Part shown: positions 14,301 through 27,011 of the stretch, one piece after another
Layout of the letters: each line of letters starts with the position of its first letter
Numbering within the stretch: position 1 is the first letter of the stretch
Origin: Octopus vulgaris
Lineage: Eukaryota
Length of the DNA stretch: 64,000 nucleotides
Reading direction: 5' to 3'
Assembly: GCA_951406725.2 (NCBI GenBank)
Contig: OX597817.1
Span: forward strand, 107,570,001-107,634,000
Translations under genes and position numbers: made by a program
The notes under the pieces: model-generated
Told to the model about the DNA's origin: nothing
The model's database searches: none
The model's input: the letters and a program-made list of their open reading frames with translations, nothing else

Positions 14301-15439
14301 TTGATTTACTTGTTTGTGTTGGTTATAATTATGCCATGGAATGTATTCCAAAATTTATCAACTCATTAAAGTTCATTTTCACTTATCCTATAACTTGAGA
14401 TTTGTTATTAAAAGTTAATAGGATTTCAAATATGAAGAAATCTGTAAATGATATTTGATAAAGTTTCTGAAGCCATCTAAGTTCCTCTTACTTTGACTTT
14501 CTCATGGATTTTGTTTATCAACCACATTTCAGAGTGCACTTCATTGTGGCACTCTTGTGATGGTACCATGATAAAATGTACTCTTACATAAAAAAGGGTT
14601 GGTATTAGGAGGGCATTCAGCTACAGAAGCCATGCCAAAAATGAAACATACAAGTGAGGCATTGTCTTTCAACTTATCTTCAAGGGTAGAATGTGAACTG
14701 ATATAAAATGTAGATGGAAAATGAATATAAAATGATGATAATGGTGATGTTTGTATTTGTTTCTTTTAATGTGACTGTAGTTTTTCAGATGTTTTTAAAG
14801 ATCAGTTACTATAATTTCTACATTATGGGACAGTTGTTACTTATAAACTGTTATATCAACTAAGCATTTAAAGCTTCTTCCTTGGTTTGCTCAGCCAATA
14901 TCTTAACTTTCAATAACTGCATGCTGCTCATAACTCCTGGAGACTTCAAAAAATAGTTGAGTGAATAAGGTGTTGGACTGTTAGCATACAAGATTGTGAG
15001 TTTGAATCTGTTTGGCATTCCATTATGAGTCCTGAGAGAAAGTCTTAAATCTTCATTTCCTGAGTTCACTTTGTTAGGGAGAAATGATGCCAAACATTTC
15101 CAATTAAGTTGACAACAGTAGATTTGTACCTTGCCTAAAAGGAGATTTGTTCTTCATTTGTCTCAGTTCAGTAAAATGTTTCCAAAGATAAGTGCTTTTT
15201 CCATGGATATAGTGCACTTATAAAGCTCTGACTATATCCAGTTAAAATTTTAAAAATTAAACTTGGAAAATAATTGACATCTTACAGTATTTCAAGTTGG
15301 TTAAATCATGAGTTATATCATCTCAGATTCATTATTTATATCTCAAAGCAGTGAAAATATTGATTAGGCTTATTTTGATAATAGATTTTCTTTCTTTCAT
15401 CCTCTCACTCTCCACCTCTTAATTCATACACACATGCAT

Positions 15440-15820
15440 GTAGTTGACAGCATCTGTTATTTAAATGACTTGATCAGCAGTGGAAGTGGATGTCTTGAAA
15501 AAGTAGCCAGCGTAAGAATGGCATTGGAAAAATCTAGGGAGATATCGTCTCTGCTGGCAACAAAGGGATTCTATCTGTGAGTGAAAGACAGATTATACAA
15601 TATTTCTATATGAAGTGTTATCTTGTATGATAGTGAGACATGGGTATTAAATCTGGAAGATTATGAAGGATGGGAAGAAATGAGATGAACATTCCCTATT
15701 GAAATGTTAACGTGAATGAGTGACAGTGTAAATTGAGGGGAAAAATATAGGTGTAAGATGAATTGGTTGTAGTGTACAAGAGAGAAAACTGAAAGTAAAG
15801 ACATGTAGAAGAAATTCAGA
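15440..15820 (+). mobile_element. Old, degenerate RTE LINE fragment
   Basis: Similar to the reverse complement of about 1090-1440 (RIAW-KF-E...LL-TKG...VK-RLY region). Confidence 0.6.
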
Positions 15821-17529
15821 TTATGCAATAGAAGCAACTCTGTAATGTGAACATTATCAATAGCACATACTTAATGTACATGTGTTGTTTAAATGCCAGA
15901 AGCTGTGTTTTTCTTTTTTTTTTTATGTCTGGGGGAAAAATCCCTTTAAAGATGTATCGTGTTAAAAGTGCAGTATACTTTAGAACTAGCTGAAATGAAA
16001 TCACCCCAGAAGTGATCATGAGAGCAACAGACATCATATTTCATTGTAGTTGACTTATCAATATTGTGCACTTTATTCATTTTGAAATGAAAACAAAATC
16101 ATAGGGGATGATATTTGGATCACTGCAACCTGTGGAACCTCACGAAGGAGATGACAGATGACTACAACAAGCATTAAGTTGATGTGCAGGAGTAGACCCA
16201 GCCAACCTGTACAAGCAAGGAATAACAGACATAGAATGATGATGTATTCGTATTATATACACATACATACACTGTACTCTTTATTCCTGTTATTACTCAT
16301 CAAAATATCAATCAGAATATTTCTGACATTTACATTGCCATAAGCAATGTAAAACAAAGTATTCTTATTTAAACAAAAAGTGTATTCATGCTAGACTTTA
16401 TTTGTTAAATAATAACCTATAACAATTTGTTTCTTTACTATATACACTCACACTACAACAGTTTACACTAATTACAAATTGTAAGTCAAGAGAAATACTT
16501 CAAGTGGATAAGACTTGAATTTAGATAATCCAGGTAGAGCTTATGTACTGAATGATGCATGCAAAAATTCTAAATGAAATGAAATATGCCTTTTAGTTTC
16601 AGAACGAAACTTAATGGCATTCATTAGGGACACACTTTGTTGGGGTTATAGAACAAAAACTTTTAGGATCTCATGAAATAAATCAAAAGTGAATTTAAGA
16701 AAAATTAGTGTGCTTTTAAATGGCTAGAATGACTATGAATAATTGCTTTATCTTTAATACATATATATCCATAGAACAAGCCACAACCACAGTCTTCTGA
16801 CCCATTGGGTCCTTTTGAACCACCTGATTAAAAAATAGACATTAAATGGTGATGATGATGACTGACAATTTACTATATGTAAATACATACATGCATATAT
16901 ATGTACACACACACACATACATATATACTTTATTTGTAGATTAAGGCTAACATTGGTTTTATGATAAAGAAGCCCTTAACAATTGTCAAGCCAACCACAT
17001 GGAACATCAGTGTTTTTGACCAATGGTAGCCTTAATCCACAAATAAAGAATCCACCAATGCAGTGCTGAGCACTCATTCTCATTATTTGATATATATTTA
17101 TATATATATATATACACACACAAACATAAATTTATAATACACACACACATACATATACACACACGATATTCATGTAGATTTACAGGGTGTCGCCCCCCCA
17201 AAAGGATACACTTATTTAATAATTTTAAAGTCAGTTGTTGAGCAGTGATGGGGGACAAACACAGATATAAACACACACACACACAATTACAACAGGTTTT
17301 TTCGGTTACCATCTCCCAAATCCATTCAGAAGGCTTTGGTCAGCCTGCAGTTATCGTAGAAGACCCAAGGTTCCATGCAGTGGGACTGAACCTAGAACCA
17401 TGTGGTTTGGAAAGCATAGTTCTTAACACACAGCATCACCTGCTTGTTAATTAACATGGTATTGTTCCATAATATGTGGATTCTCAGGTCAGCTATAGGA
17501 TCACTTGTGGCAGTTAATTGAGCTATTTA

Positions 17530-17686
17530 CTGTATTTTAACATGTATAAGGAACCCCATAATTTTTGGGGCTTAAAATTTGGAAAAAAGATTTTGTAGGT
17601 GATTTTAATACTATGTATAAGAAACTTCCATATTTTTTAACCTAATATTTGACAAAAAAGGGCTCCTTATACATGTTAAAATATGG
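17530..17686. mobile_element. MITE with about 27-bp TIRs and TA TSD (Tc1/mariner/pogo type)
   Basis: TA|ctgtattttaacatgtataaggaaccc ... gggctccttatacatgttaaaatatgg|TA. Confidence 0.75.
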
Positions 17687-17934
17687 TAATTTTAATGTAG
17701 CTTCACCACTCCAAACAATCTTTGATGGAAAGTGTCCACCTTCTACACATCTTGCCAAGTTCCACAATTGGAAAACTCCATTTTTCAGTCCAAAATATAT
17801 TAGTATAGCACAGGAAAAATGTCCTGCAGTAGTAATGGGAATGCTAGATGTGCATTTCTGCCTTTTTTGGTAAATATTTACATACATGGCTGTTTCCTGC
17901 ACCAGCTTCACATAGAAGCCCCAGCCCATCCAAA

Positions 17935-18355
17935 GTGTCTTGGATTGCAGGACGGCCTACTGTGCTTGAGGAGACCTATTGAATCGAGTACATCAACATA
18001 AAAAAAAAAATCAAATGGAAATTGTAGTTGTGATACCTGTGCTGGTGGCACGTAAAAAGCGCCATCCGTACATGGCCAATGCCAGCACTGCCTTGACTGG
18101 CTTCCGTGCTGGTGGCACGTAAAAAGTACCAACTGATCGTGGCCATTGCCAGACTCCCCTGGCACCTGTGCTGGTGGCATGTAAAAAGCACCCACTACAC
18201 TCACGGAGTGGTTGGCGTTAGGAAGGGCATCCAGCTGTAGAAACACTGCCAGATCAGACTGGAGCCTGGTGCAGCCTCCTGGCTTCCCAGACCCCGGTCA
18301 AACCGTCCAACCCATGCTAGCATGGAAGTCAGGCATTAAACGATGATGATGATGA
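17935..18355 (+). mobile_element. RTE 3'-UTR-type repeat with internal triplication and (GAT)n tail
   Basis: gtgctggtggca(c/t)gtaaaaag occurs three times, followed by ttggcgttaggaagggcatcc and aaacgatgatgat. Reverse complement of the 268-800 sequence. Confidence 0.8.
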
Positions 18356-18387
18356 TATGTATGTACATATAGATATGTTTGTATGTG

Positions 18388-18680
18388 AGGGCACATAGCC
18401 TAGTGGTTAGGGTGTTGCACTCACAATTGTGAGATTGTGGTTTCAGTTCCTATACTGGATGGTGTGTGGTGTTGATGAGCAAAATACTTAAGCTGATGTT
18501 GCTCTGCAATCACTTCAACATCTGACACATCGTACATTGTGCACCTATTCAGGCAATGTCATTTGAAGGAGGGAGTGAGATAATATACAGCACATTCATT
18601 TGATGAAACGAAATCATTTGTGCATGTTGTTTCACAAAAACTGTACACTCATACATTATCTTCGATGGGAGAGTCCATCT
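18388..18680 (+). mobile_element. Degenerate tRNA-headed SINE
   Basis: gggcacatagcctagtggttaggg (A box) followed by a degenerate B box and a SINE-like body. Confidence 0.55.
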
Positions 18681-19163
18681 TATATTTGTGTATCGATGTA
18701 CCTGAAAGCTTTTCTCTATGTCTTTTAAATATTGTGGATGAAACAAACAAATTTAATTCATAATGTCATTATCTTTCTTTATTTTTGTCTCCATCTTCCA
18801 GTCTTCATTTTTCTCTGAGTGAAACACTAATGTGGAATTATTAACATTTGAATTGCTATATATTTTAACTGTAAAATTTGAATATCTTCAATTAATTTTA
18901 CTTTTGCTTATTTCGCTCTTTGCTGCTTTATTAACTTTGAAAAGGTAAAAAACACTAAGGCCTATACTAATATACATTTTAATATATAATTTTAAAACTG
19001 ATCAATGTAAGTTGTTCTAAGCATATATCTAAGCACATATATACATATAAATATACATACACATATATATATATATATACACATATATACATATATATAT
19101 AAATATATTGACATATATACATTATATATATATATATATACACACACACACATATATATATAG

Positions 19164-19227
<64 letters not shown>

Positions 19228-19239
19228 AAATATATTGAC

Positions 19240-19285
<46 letters not shown>

Positions 19286-20261
19286 TAAATATATTACATA
19301 TATACATATACATATATATAAATATATTGACATATATACAATATGTATATATATATATACATATACATATATATAAATATATTGACATATATACAATATA
19401 TATATGTATATATATATACACATATACATATATATATAAATATATTGACATATATACATTTTATATATATATATATATATGCATATATTTATATATATTT
19501 ATTTATATTGAGGACATTACTATACATAAATTCCACACACTAGGAGGGACTCTTTAAAGTCAGAACTACCAAAATAAATAAACACATGGTATTGAATATG
19601 AGGGAATGCAACTCTTGAAGCGAGCCCTTTAAAAACAGAATTCAGCTGCATATCACATGATTTCATAATTAGTCCACAAATGCACTTTTTAACCTTCAGT
19701 GCAAGCATAATTCAAGATTTGTAAAAAATGAACAAAAATCAACATACCAGACGGACACCCAATGTATCCAGCGTAGCATATAGAATTGTTCATCCTTTGC
19801 ACATCTATGTAATAGGCGGGCTTTTTCGAATTACATCTCAGTACAACGTGTTTTTATATGTACATATACACAAATATATTCATATATATATATATATATA
19901 TATATACATACACAAACATATATATATATGCTTGTATGGATACATATATATACATATATATAAGCTTGTATATATATATATATGCATATTTGTATATGTG
20001 TATATGCATGTATATATGGGTATATATATATATATATATATGTATATGCATGTATATATGTATATATGTGTATATATAAATATATATATGTATAAATGTA
20101 TATGCATGTATATATGTGTATATATAAATATATATATGTATAAATGTATATGCATGTATATATGGGTATATATAAATATATATATGTATATATATATATA
20201 TACATATATATATGTATATATGCATGCATTTATGTATAAATGCATATGTCTATATGTATGC

Positions 20262-21170
20262 ATGGAAATTTTTACCTCAGAGACGCACCGTGTTCTGGCC
20301 ATCCACTTGAGTTTGATGAATAGCGATTAAACCACCTTTTGCATGAAAAGTCTTGTCACATGACAAGGGAACTGGCTGAGAAAATGGAATGCTCCCACAC
20401 TGCTATTGAGAAGCATCTTCACTTGATGGGAAAGGTTCAGAAGTATTGAGCATGGGTTCTGCATGCTTTAAGTGATAACAACAAAAATCAACTTGCCGCA
20501 TTCTCTACTGGTTTGCTTGCTCGTTACCACTCCCCTCATGGACACAAGCAATGATTTCTTTACTGAATTGTTACTGGCGATGTAAAATGGTGCCTGTGCA
20601 TCAGTATGATACAGCGTAAGGAATGGCTTAGCCCTGGTAAACAAGCGACATCGCGTGTGAAACAAGATCTTCATCCACATAAAATGATGTTGTGCATATG
20701 GTGGGACTGGGAAGGGATTATCCATTACAAACTGCTTGAATGGAACCAGACGGTCAATGCGGAACTCTATGTTCAATAGATAGAAACACTCATCATGGCT
20801 ATTCAAAAGAAAAGACCTAGTCAGCAGCATGGAGTTCTTCTGCTGCACAGCAACATCTGCCCTCATATCACCAATTTGCTGCCACACCTGTTGTACTCTC
20901 CTGATTTAGAACCAATGGATTTCTACCTCTTTTGATCTCTTTGAAATGCTATGCACAGAGTTTTGTTCAATACTGATGCAGAATTGAGAGTTTGATTGGG
21001 TCAATTTTTCGAGTTGAAATCGACTGATTTCTACCAACAAAATATTGAAAATCTTGTTGAATGTTGGGTAGAAGTTGTTAACAACAAGGGTGAATACATT
21101 ATTGATTAATTAGTTATTTTTGTATTAAACCTTTTAAAAAACTTAAAATAAAAAAAAAAAAACGGTGGGA
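20262..21170 (+). mobile_element. Decayed mariner transposon
   Basis: Broken reading frames give DAP-SGHPLEFDE, AWVLHAL (WVPH motif), WWDWEGIIHYKLL, NAELY, YSPDLEPMDFYLF and NKGEYIID*. Confidence 0.85.
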
Positions 21171-21449
21171 ACATATATCTACATTATATATAAAATTAAA
21201 TAAGGGTAGAAATTGATATTAATCAATTAAAACCAGTGGCTTAGCATATTTAAAAAATCCGAAGATTAAAAATTGTGTTACATACAAAATTGAGAAGAAT
21301 GACCACTAAAGTGGACACTCTATATGCTAAACGTAGACGTCAAATCATCATTACCATGAAGAATGTGTTCTCAAGAAAAATCTCAGCAAAAAACCAAAAT
21401 GTAAAAATAAGCAAGACAAATGAAAATATGCGAAATATAAGATGATTAC

Positions 21450-21522
21450 CTATGTACCATCGTTTCACTTGTTAATATTTACGTATATGAACATGCAAAT
21501 ATTTGCAAGATTATCAGCATAG
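21450..21522 (-). ncRNA. Degenerate hammerhead motif (G8A)
   Basis: Minus strand: ctatg-CTGATAA-tcttg...caagt-GAA-acgatggt-A-catag, with a perfect 5-bp stem I ctatg/catag. Confidence 0.55.
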
Positions 21523-22398
21523 TCTGTCGTTTACAAAACATAATTTCCAGAACTAGATACAGAATGCTCAACTGAAATAGAGCATGTATAAAGTTCTACA
21601 AATTATATTTGGGTGTATCTTTCAAATGCTTAGCGAAGGCATCTGGGAGATGTATAACTGCTGTCATTCACAGAAAAACTATTGGTTTACTGTGAGAAGA
21701 GCACTATTCATGCTATGCTTGCATGAAGCCACTACAAATACGTTGTGGAATAAAAAATTTATCTACTGTCATGGAAAAAGTGTAACTGTAAGAATGCAGA
21801 ATTATCGGCGTAATGGGCATTCAAAATAATATGTATGTATAGAAATGTATGAATGAAGTTTTTAATGTTTAAGATTCAAATTAAGGAAGTGCAATAATAA
21901 TGTTTAGCAGTTCAAAACTGAGTTGTGAAATACAGAATTAGGTTGGCTGATCATGAGAATCAAATATTGATAGCTTTGCTAAAATCTGCAGGTGGTATGG
22001 GTTATTTCCCTTGGGTTGTTTAAATAAAATATTAGTAATATGTAGATAGAAGAATCCATTGGAAGGACCCTATTATCGATTTTTTTTTCAACAATCTAAG
22101 TATGTCACGGGGTTTCCAGATATGAGTTCTACTCACGTGTCAAATAAAGTATAAAAGTGATATTGTCTGCAAAAATTAGAAGTAGGACACATGAAAAATC
22201 AATATTCAAAGTAATTGGACATAAACAATGAAATGTTTAAATGATATACATTTAACCCTTTTAAACCAAAAAGATTGAATGAGTATTTTCTGCAAATCAC
22301 ACAGTGCCTGAATGAACTTAACATATCTCAATGGTAAATAGTTTCAAACATGACACTCCTCAACAAAAGACTGGTTTGTATATAATACTGCTTTCCAC

Positions 22399-22817
22399 GT
22401 CCATTTAGGTAAATAACATTCTGTGCATAATGAATATGTCCCTCCTTTAAGAAACAGATTGGGTTTATTTACATTTGTGAAGAAAAAAGATACCCTTCCC
22501 CCACCCCTAACCCTAACCCTAAATCTAAAATAGATTGAAATGCAATAGATCGATACTAGGGTTATAATTAGGGGTGATAATTTCATACGACACCGCTATG
22601 GAAAATGGGATTTTTTTCTAGCAGTGTCAAATGAAAATGTCATCCATAATTATGGCCCTAGTATCGATCTAATGCATTTCAATCTATTTTAGATTTAGTG
22701 TTAGGGTTAGGGGTTGGGGAAGGGTATTTTTTTCTTCACAAATGTAAATAAACCCAATCTGTTTCTTAAAGGAGGGACATATTCATTATGCACAGAATGT
22801 TATTTACCTAAATGGAC
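22399..22817. repeat. About 420-bp near-perfect palindrome with (CCCTAA)n/(TTAGGG)n in its arms
   Basis: 22399-22605 is the reverse complement of 22611-22817. cccctaaccctaaccctaa near 22505; ttagggttagggg near 22701. Confidence 0.93.
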
Positions 22818-23506
22818 ATACGCGATTGGTTAAAATTACCGAAATGCTCGAAATTAAAGACGAAATATCTTACAACCTATAGAATTTTCTCAATAAAGCC
22901 AAGAGAAAATGATGTTTTATAAACACATTCTACCAGTATATGAAGTTTAAAACTTTTTAGTTACCTAGAAATTATGTTACAAAGTGCCGTTCAAAAGGAA
23001 AAGATCCAAAAGATTTATAGATTTTATCATTGTTGATTAATTGTATTTCATTTATTGTACCCTTTTCATTTATAAATAAACAACTGCATTTTATATAGTT
23101 GTCATGTTATTTTTTAAAAATTAATATTACATATTGACTGTGTTGACTTACAGATATTTTATGCTTGATGGATTTATATTTTTCAATATTTTACTATTTA
23201 TTTATTAACTTGTTATTTTGCTGTGCTAAATCACAAAAAAAAAAAAAGAAAATGTTTGTAATCAAGAAATTAATCTTTAAAAAAATGAACACTGTTCTTT
23301 CAAATTATAACAAGGCTTTCTTGGAGACATCAACAGAGCTACTACATGGTCAGTCGATCTGCTAGAGATAACAGCTAAATCAACCTCAGCATGTCAACAT
23401 TTTATAGTGTAGCCCGTCATACACTATTTTTGAAAATAAAACTGATTGTTATGGCTTGAATGTCTTAGATCATAGTTCAAGTAGTTGAGAACCCACTTGG
23501 GTTTAA

Positions 23507-23705
23507 CCCTTTTGCATTCAGATTACTCTGTTAAATGTAATGCTTAATTATTCACATTGTTTTGAATTAACCATGTATCATCTTGTAATTCTGAGATTTC
23601 AATGTGATTGTTTATTTTTATAATGTCATTGTAGGGTAGGTGGGAGAAGCTGGATCTGATCAGTTGGAACATACCAGAGGTAGAATATTTTGGGCAGATA
23701 TGGTT
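23507..23705 (+). mobile_element. Partial piggyBac-like MITE
   Basis: TTAA|ccctttt-gcatt-agattactctg start; homologous to 37359-37628. Confidence 0.6.
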
Positions 23706-24084
23706 AACTCTTTAGCATTATATGGAAAATAGGGTTCTAATAGAAGTATTGTATTGGTATGTCTTAAAATCGGTGGAAATTACTATAGAACTACAAAATG
23801 CAAGGAAAAGAAGAAGACCCCCCCCCCCCAAAGAAAAGAAACTATAAAAAACATTGTTTTTTTTTTCTATACCTCGTTATTGGAATTTCATAAAAGCTGT
23901 CTGGAACTACAAATATTCTGTTATGACGGTTTCAATGGCTTTCTCTCAGACAATTGCTGTATCACTCTAAGAAGTAATTTCTTACATAACTATCCAGTAC
24001 AGAACAATGAATAAGGTAGTAAATAAATGTTCATTCAGTTACAAGATTCCTGATACACACACGTACATGTACATGCATGCACAA

Positions 24085-24129
<45 letters not shown>

Positions 24130-25233
24130 TATTTCATCAAAATTACTAACAACTTACAAGATGTTTCATCAAGGAGACAGCTTAACTATTTCTAGAATTG
24201 TCAGGATTCAGGATGTAAGTTGTTATCAGTCTGAAAAATATAGCAAAATGCTCTGTCTTCCAATTCATTGAGCACCTTTTTGATTTGATGACACAAATCT
24301 ATAACCAAGGATACCTGTAGTGCTACAACATATATATTCAGTTCTAACACCTTCATTCTTCTGTTTCCATGGAGATACTTATAATATTCTGAATTTCTTT
24401 GTTACTTGTTCACTTTAAGTACTTGTATGTTTTTTTAAAAAAGGAAAGAATATATTAGATGATGTGGCTCAATATATTTGTAAAGAGACTGGAGAGTTCA
24501 GGCTAGGATGTCGTTGGTCTGCTCAGTCAGAGCAAACCTGGGGATATACAACAACAGCATGTTTTCTTTAGATCCAATAGGGACCTTTTAGCGTTTGCTT
24601 TCTTATTAACACTAGCAGTAATGAAGATATAAATTTTAGAGCTTGAGATTTTAACACTCTTGTTTTTTAGAGGATTTTGCAAAAGAAAATCAATTTGTAT
24701 CAATGAATGTAAAAAATAAAATGAGGAACGGTAAATGTGTTATAATTTGATTTTTTTTGCTCATTATCCAAAATTTCAAGTGGGCTGCAGAGCCTGAAGA
24801 TGTAAATTTAAGAACTTCAGATTTTAACACAGTTGTTTTTAAAGGATTTCACTATAAAAAATATATTCTTGAAAACATATTTCGAAAATCTGTGTAAAAA
24901 GTACCTTTTTTTGCTCCACCCTACTGTCCATTATTAATGATTGTAGCTGACTTTGTGAATCAAATTTCATCAGATAGAGCAATCACTGACTAGCTGGTAC
25001 CACTTGTCAGTCAGGAGAGATAGATCATTTATGTTTTGTTTGACTGTCCTTTAATCTCAGTTTGGGTCTACCAATGTTTTGATAGTCTGCTAGTTGCCAG
25101 AACACACACATATATATATATATATATATCTGCCAGTTGCCAGAATAGGACATTACTTGGGAATCTGTCATCACTTTGACTGACAATGTTGCCTGTCCAA
25201 CAGTGACTAGGTGCAGATATATATATATATATA

Positions 25234-26101
25234 CAGTGTGTGATGAGTAAATTGCCACCATTTTATATTTTGAATTTTGCACATGCACGTTGTTTGTTTT
25301 TGATTTTGTAGACTACAAAGTATAGTAGGGTCAGTTGGGCACCGTCTGTGAGAAAAACAGCACCATGACGCAATTCACTCTGCCATAAATTTGTAAATAA
25401 CATGCTGTACTGCTTGACATTCACACCGGAAGCTCCAATATGAATGTTTCAGAGTGTATGGATGTCAATCTGAGGACAGTGCAATCTGTGGACCTGTATC
25501 ACGAATGATAAAAATCAAACATCCAGTCAACATCATGGTGTTTGGAGTGATCTCTAGTGATGGCAATGTTATGCTTCCATTCATCTTCCCACATAACCTC
25601 AGACTCAACATGGAGGCTACATCAAGTGCCTGGAGGAGATAGTGCTGCCCTGGGTCAAGAGGGTGGCTGCTAGAAGACCCTATGTCTGGCAACAGGACTC
25701 TGCACCATGCTACACAAGCAGGAGAACCCAGTTATGGCTGTCAGTCATTTTCTGTAACCACATCACCCCTAACATCTGGCCACCTAACATCCCAGACTTC
25801 AACCCCCTTGATTATTATGTGTGGGGCACTGTTGAGTGAGTACCAAAGATGAACTGAAGGCAAGAATTATGGCAGCATTCACCAACTTAAACAAGGAGGC
25901 CTTCCAGAAGAGTTGCAGGCAATTCTGAAGTCGTCTGGGGGCTGTGGTTGAAGCCAATGGCAGTTTCATTTTGAATAAAGTTACTGTTAAGTATTTCAAG
26001 ATATTTTTATGTAAATTTGGTAAATATATCTGTTAAAATGAGATGTCAGTGTTATTTTCATTTTTGCGTAATTTAGATGCCAGATTATTTACCACACCCT
26101 G
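25234..26101 (+). mobile_element. Internally deleted D37D (maT-type) Tc1/mariner transposon
   Basis: TA|cagtgtgtgatgagtaa ... ttatttaccacaccctg|TA. Peptides IMVFGVISSDG and WQQDSAP...WPPNIPDFNPLDYYVWG, with 37 residues between the last two catalytic Asp. Confidence 0.9.
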
Positions 26102-26353
26102 TATATACATAATTTTTTGTATATCCATTGTTTTCTATGCTTACATGGGTAGGATGAGAGTTATTCAGGCAGTTTTCTGAATGTACTTCCTGTCACCAAC
26201 TCTTGCTTGTGTTTCAAGAAAAATGTCTCTTATTCCACTGGTTTTCTCATGAATGAACCATGTAGTGACTGGACATTTTGTTTACAACAGACATAAGCAT
26301 TGTCATCATTTTCACTCATGATGACAATGTGGAAACACTCACAAATATACATG

Positions 26354-26403
<50 letters not shown>

Positions 26404-26778
26404 CTTAGAAGAGCAAAATGGAGCAAGTGGAGCAAGAACACACAAAAAAGAAAAGTGTCGCTGAAGAGGTCACAGATGTGTGATGAAAGATTTCTGTTCA
26501 ATGGACATGAGTTAAAATAATAAAATAAGAACAGTAATAAATGAGTGAAGAAAAAATATATTGTACGTGTGTTTATTTGACAAAGAAAAAAAAAAAACTA
26601 TCCCGAAATACAACAATATATATATCAGTTTGTTTTGGGCAAATGCCTCCAAATGCACTTGTAAGAGCTCTTATGCATCCCGTCATCAGTTACTGTCTGT
26701 TATTCCTATCTTTCAGAGTAATCCTATCGGATGGATATATCTGCAGAACTCCTTACAGCTTAAGGCAATCATACTAAT

Positions 26779-27011
26779 AATGAAAATTATTTGTGGACGG
26801 AAATGTTTATATTTTATTAGTGCATTGCAACTTACATTTCTGCATACTGCATGTCTGTTTGTGACCATATTCTCACATCCATAGAATATTAAATATTTAA
26901 TAATTTCCTATGGATGTGAGAATATAGTCACAAACAGACGTAGTGTGTAGAAATGTATGTTACAATGCATTAATAGAATATAAAAATTTCCATCCAGAAA
27001 TAATTTTCATT
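26779..27011. repeat. About 230-bp hairpin centred on ttaaatatttaa
   Basis: aatgaaaattattt...ctcacatccatag pairs with ctatggatgtgag...aaataattttcatt, with scattered mismatches. Confidence 0.9.
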
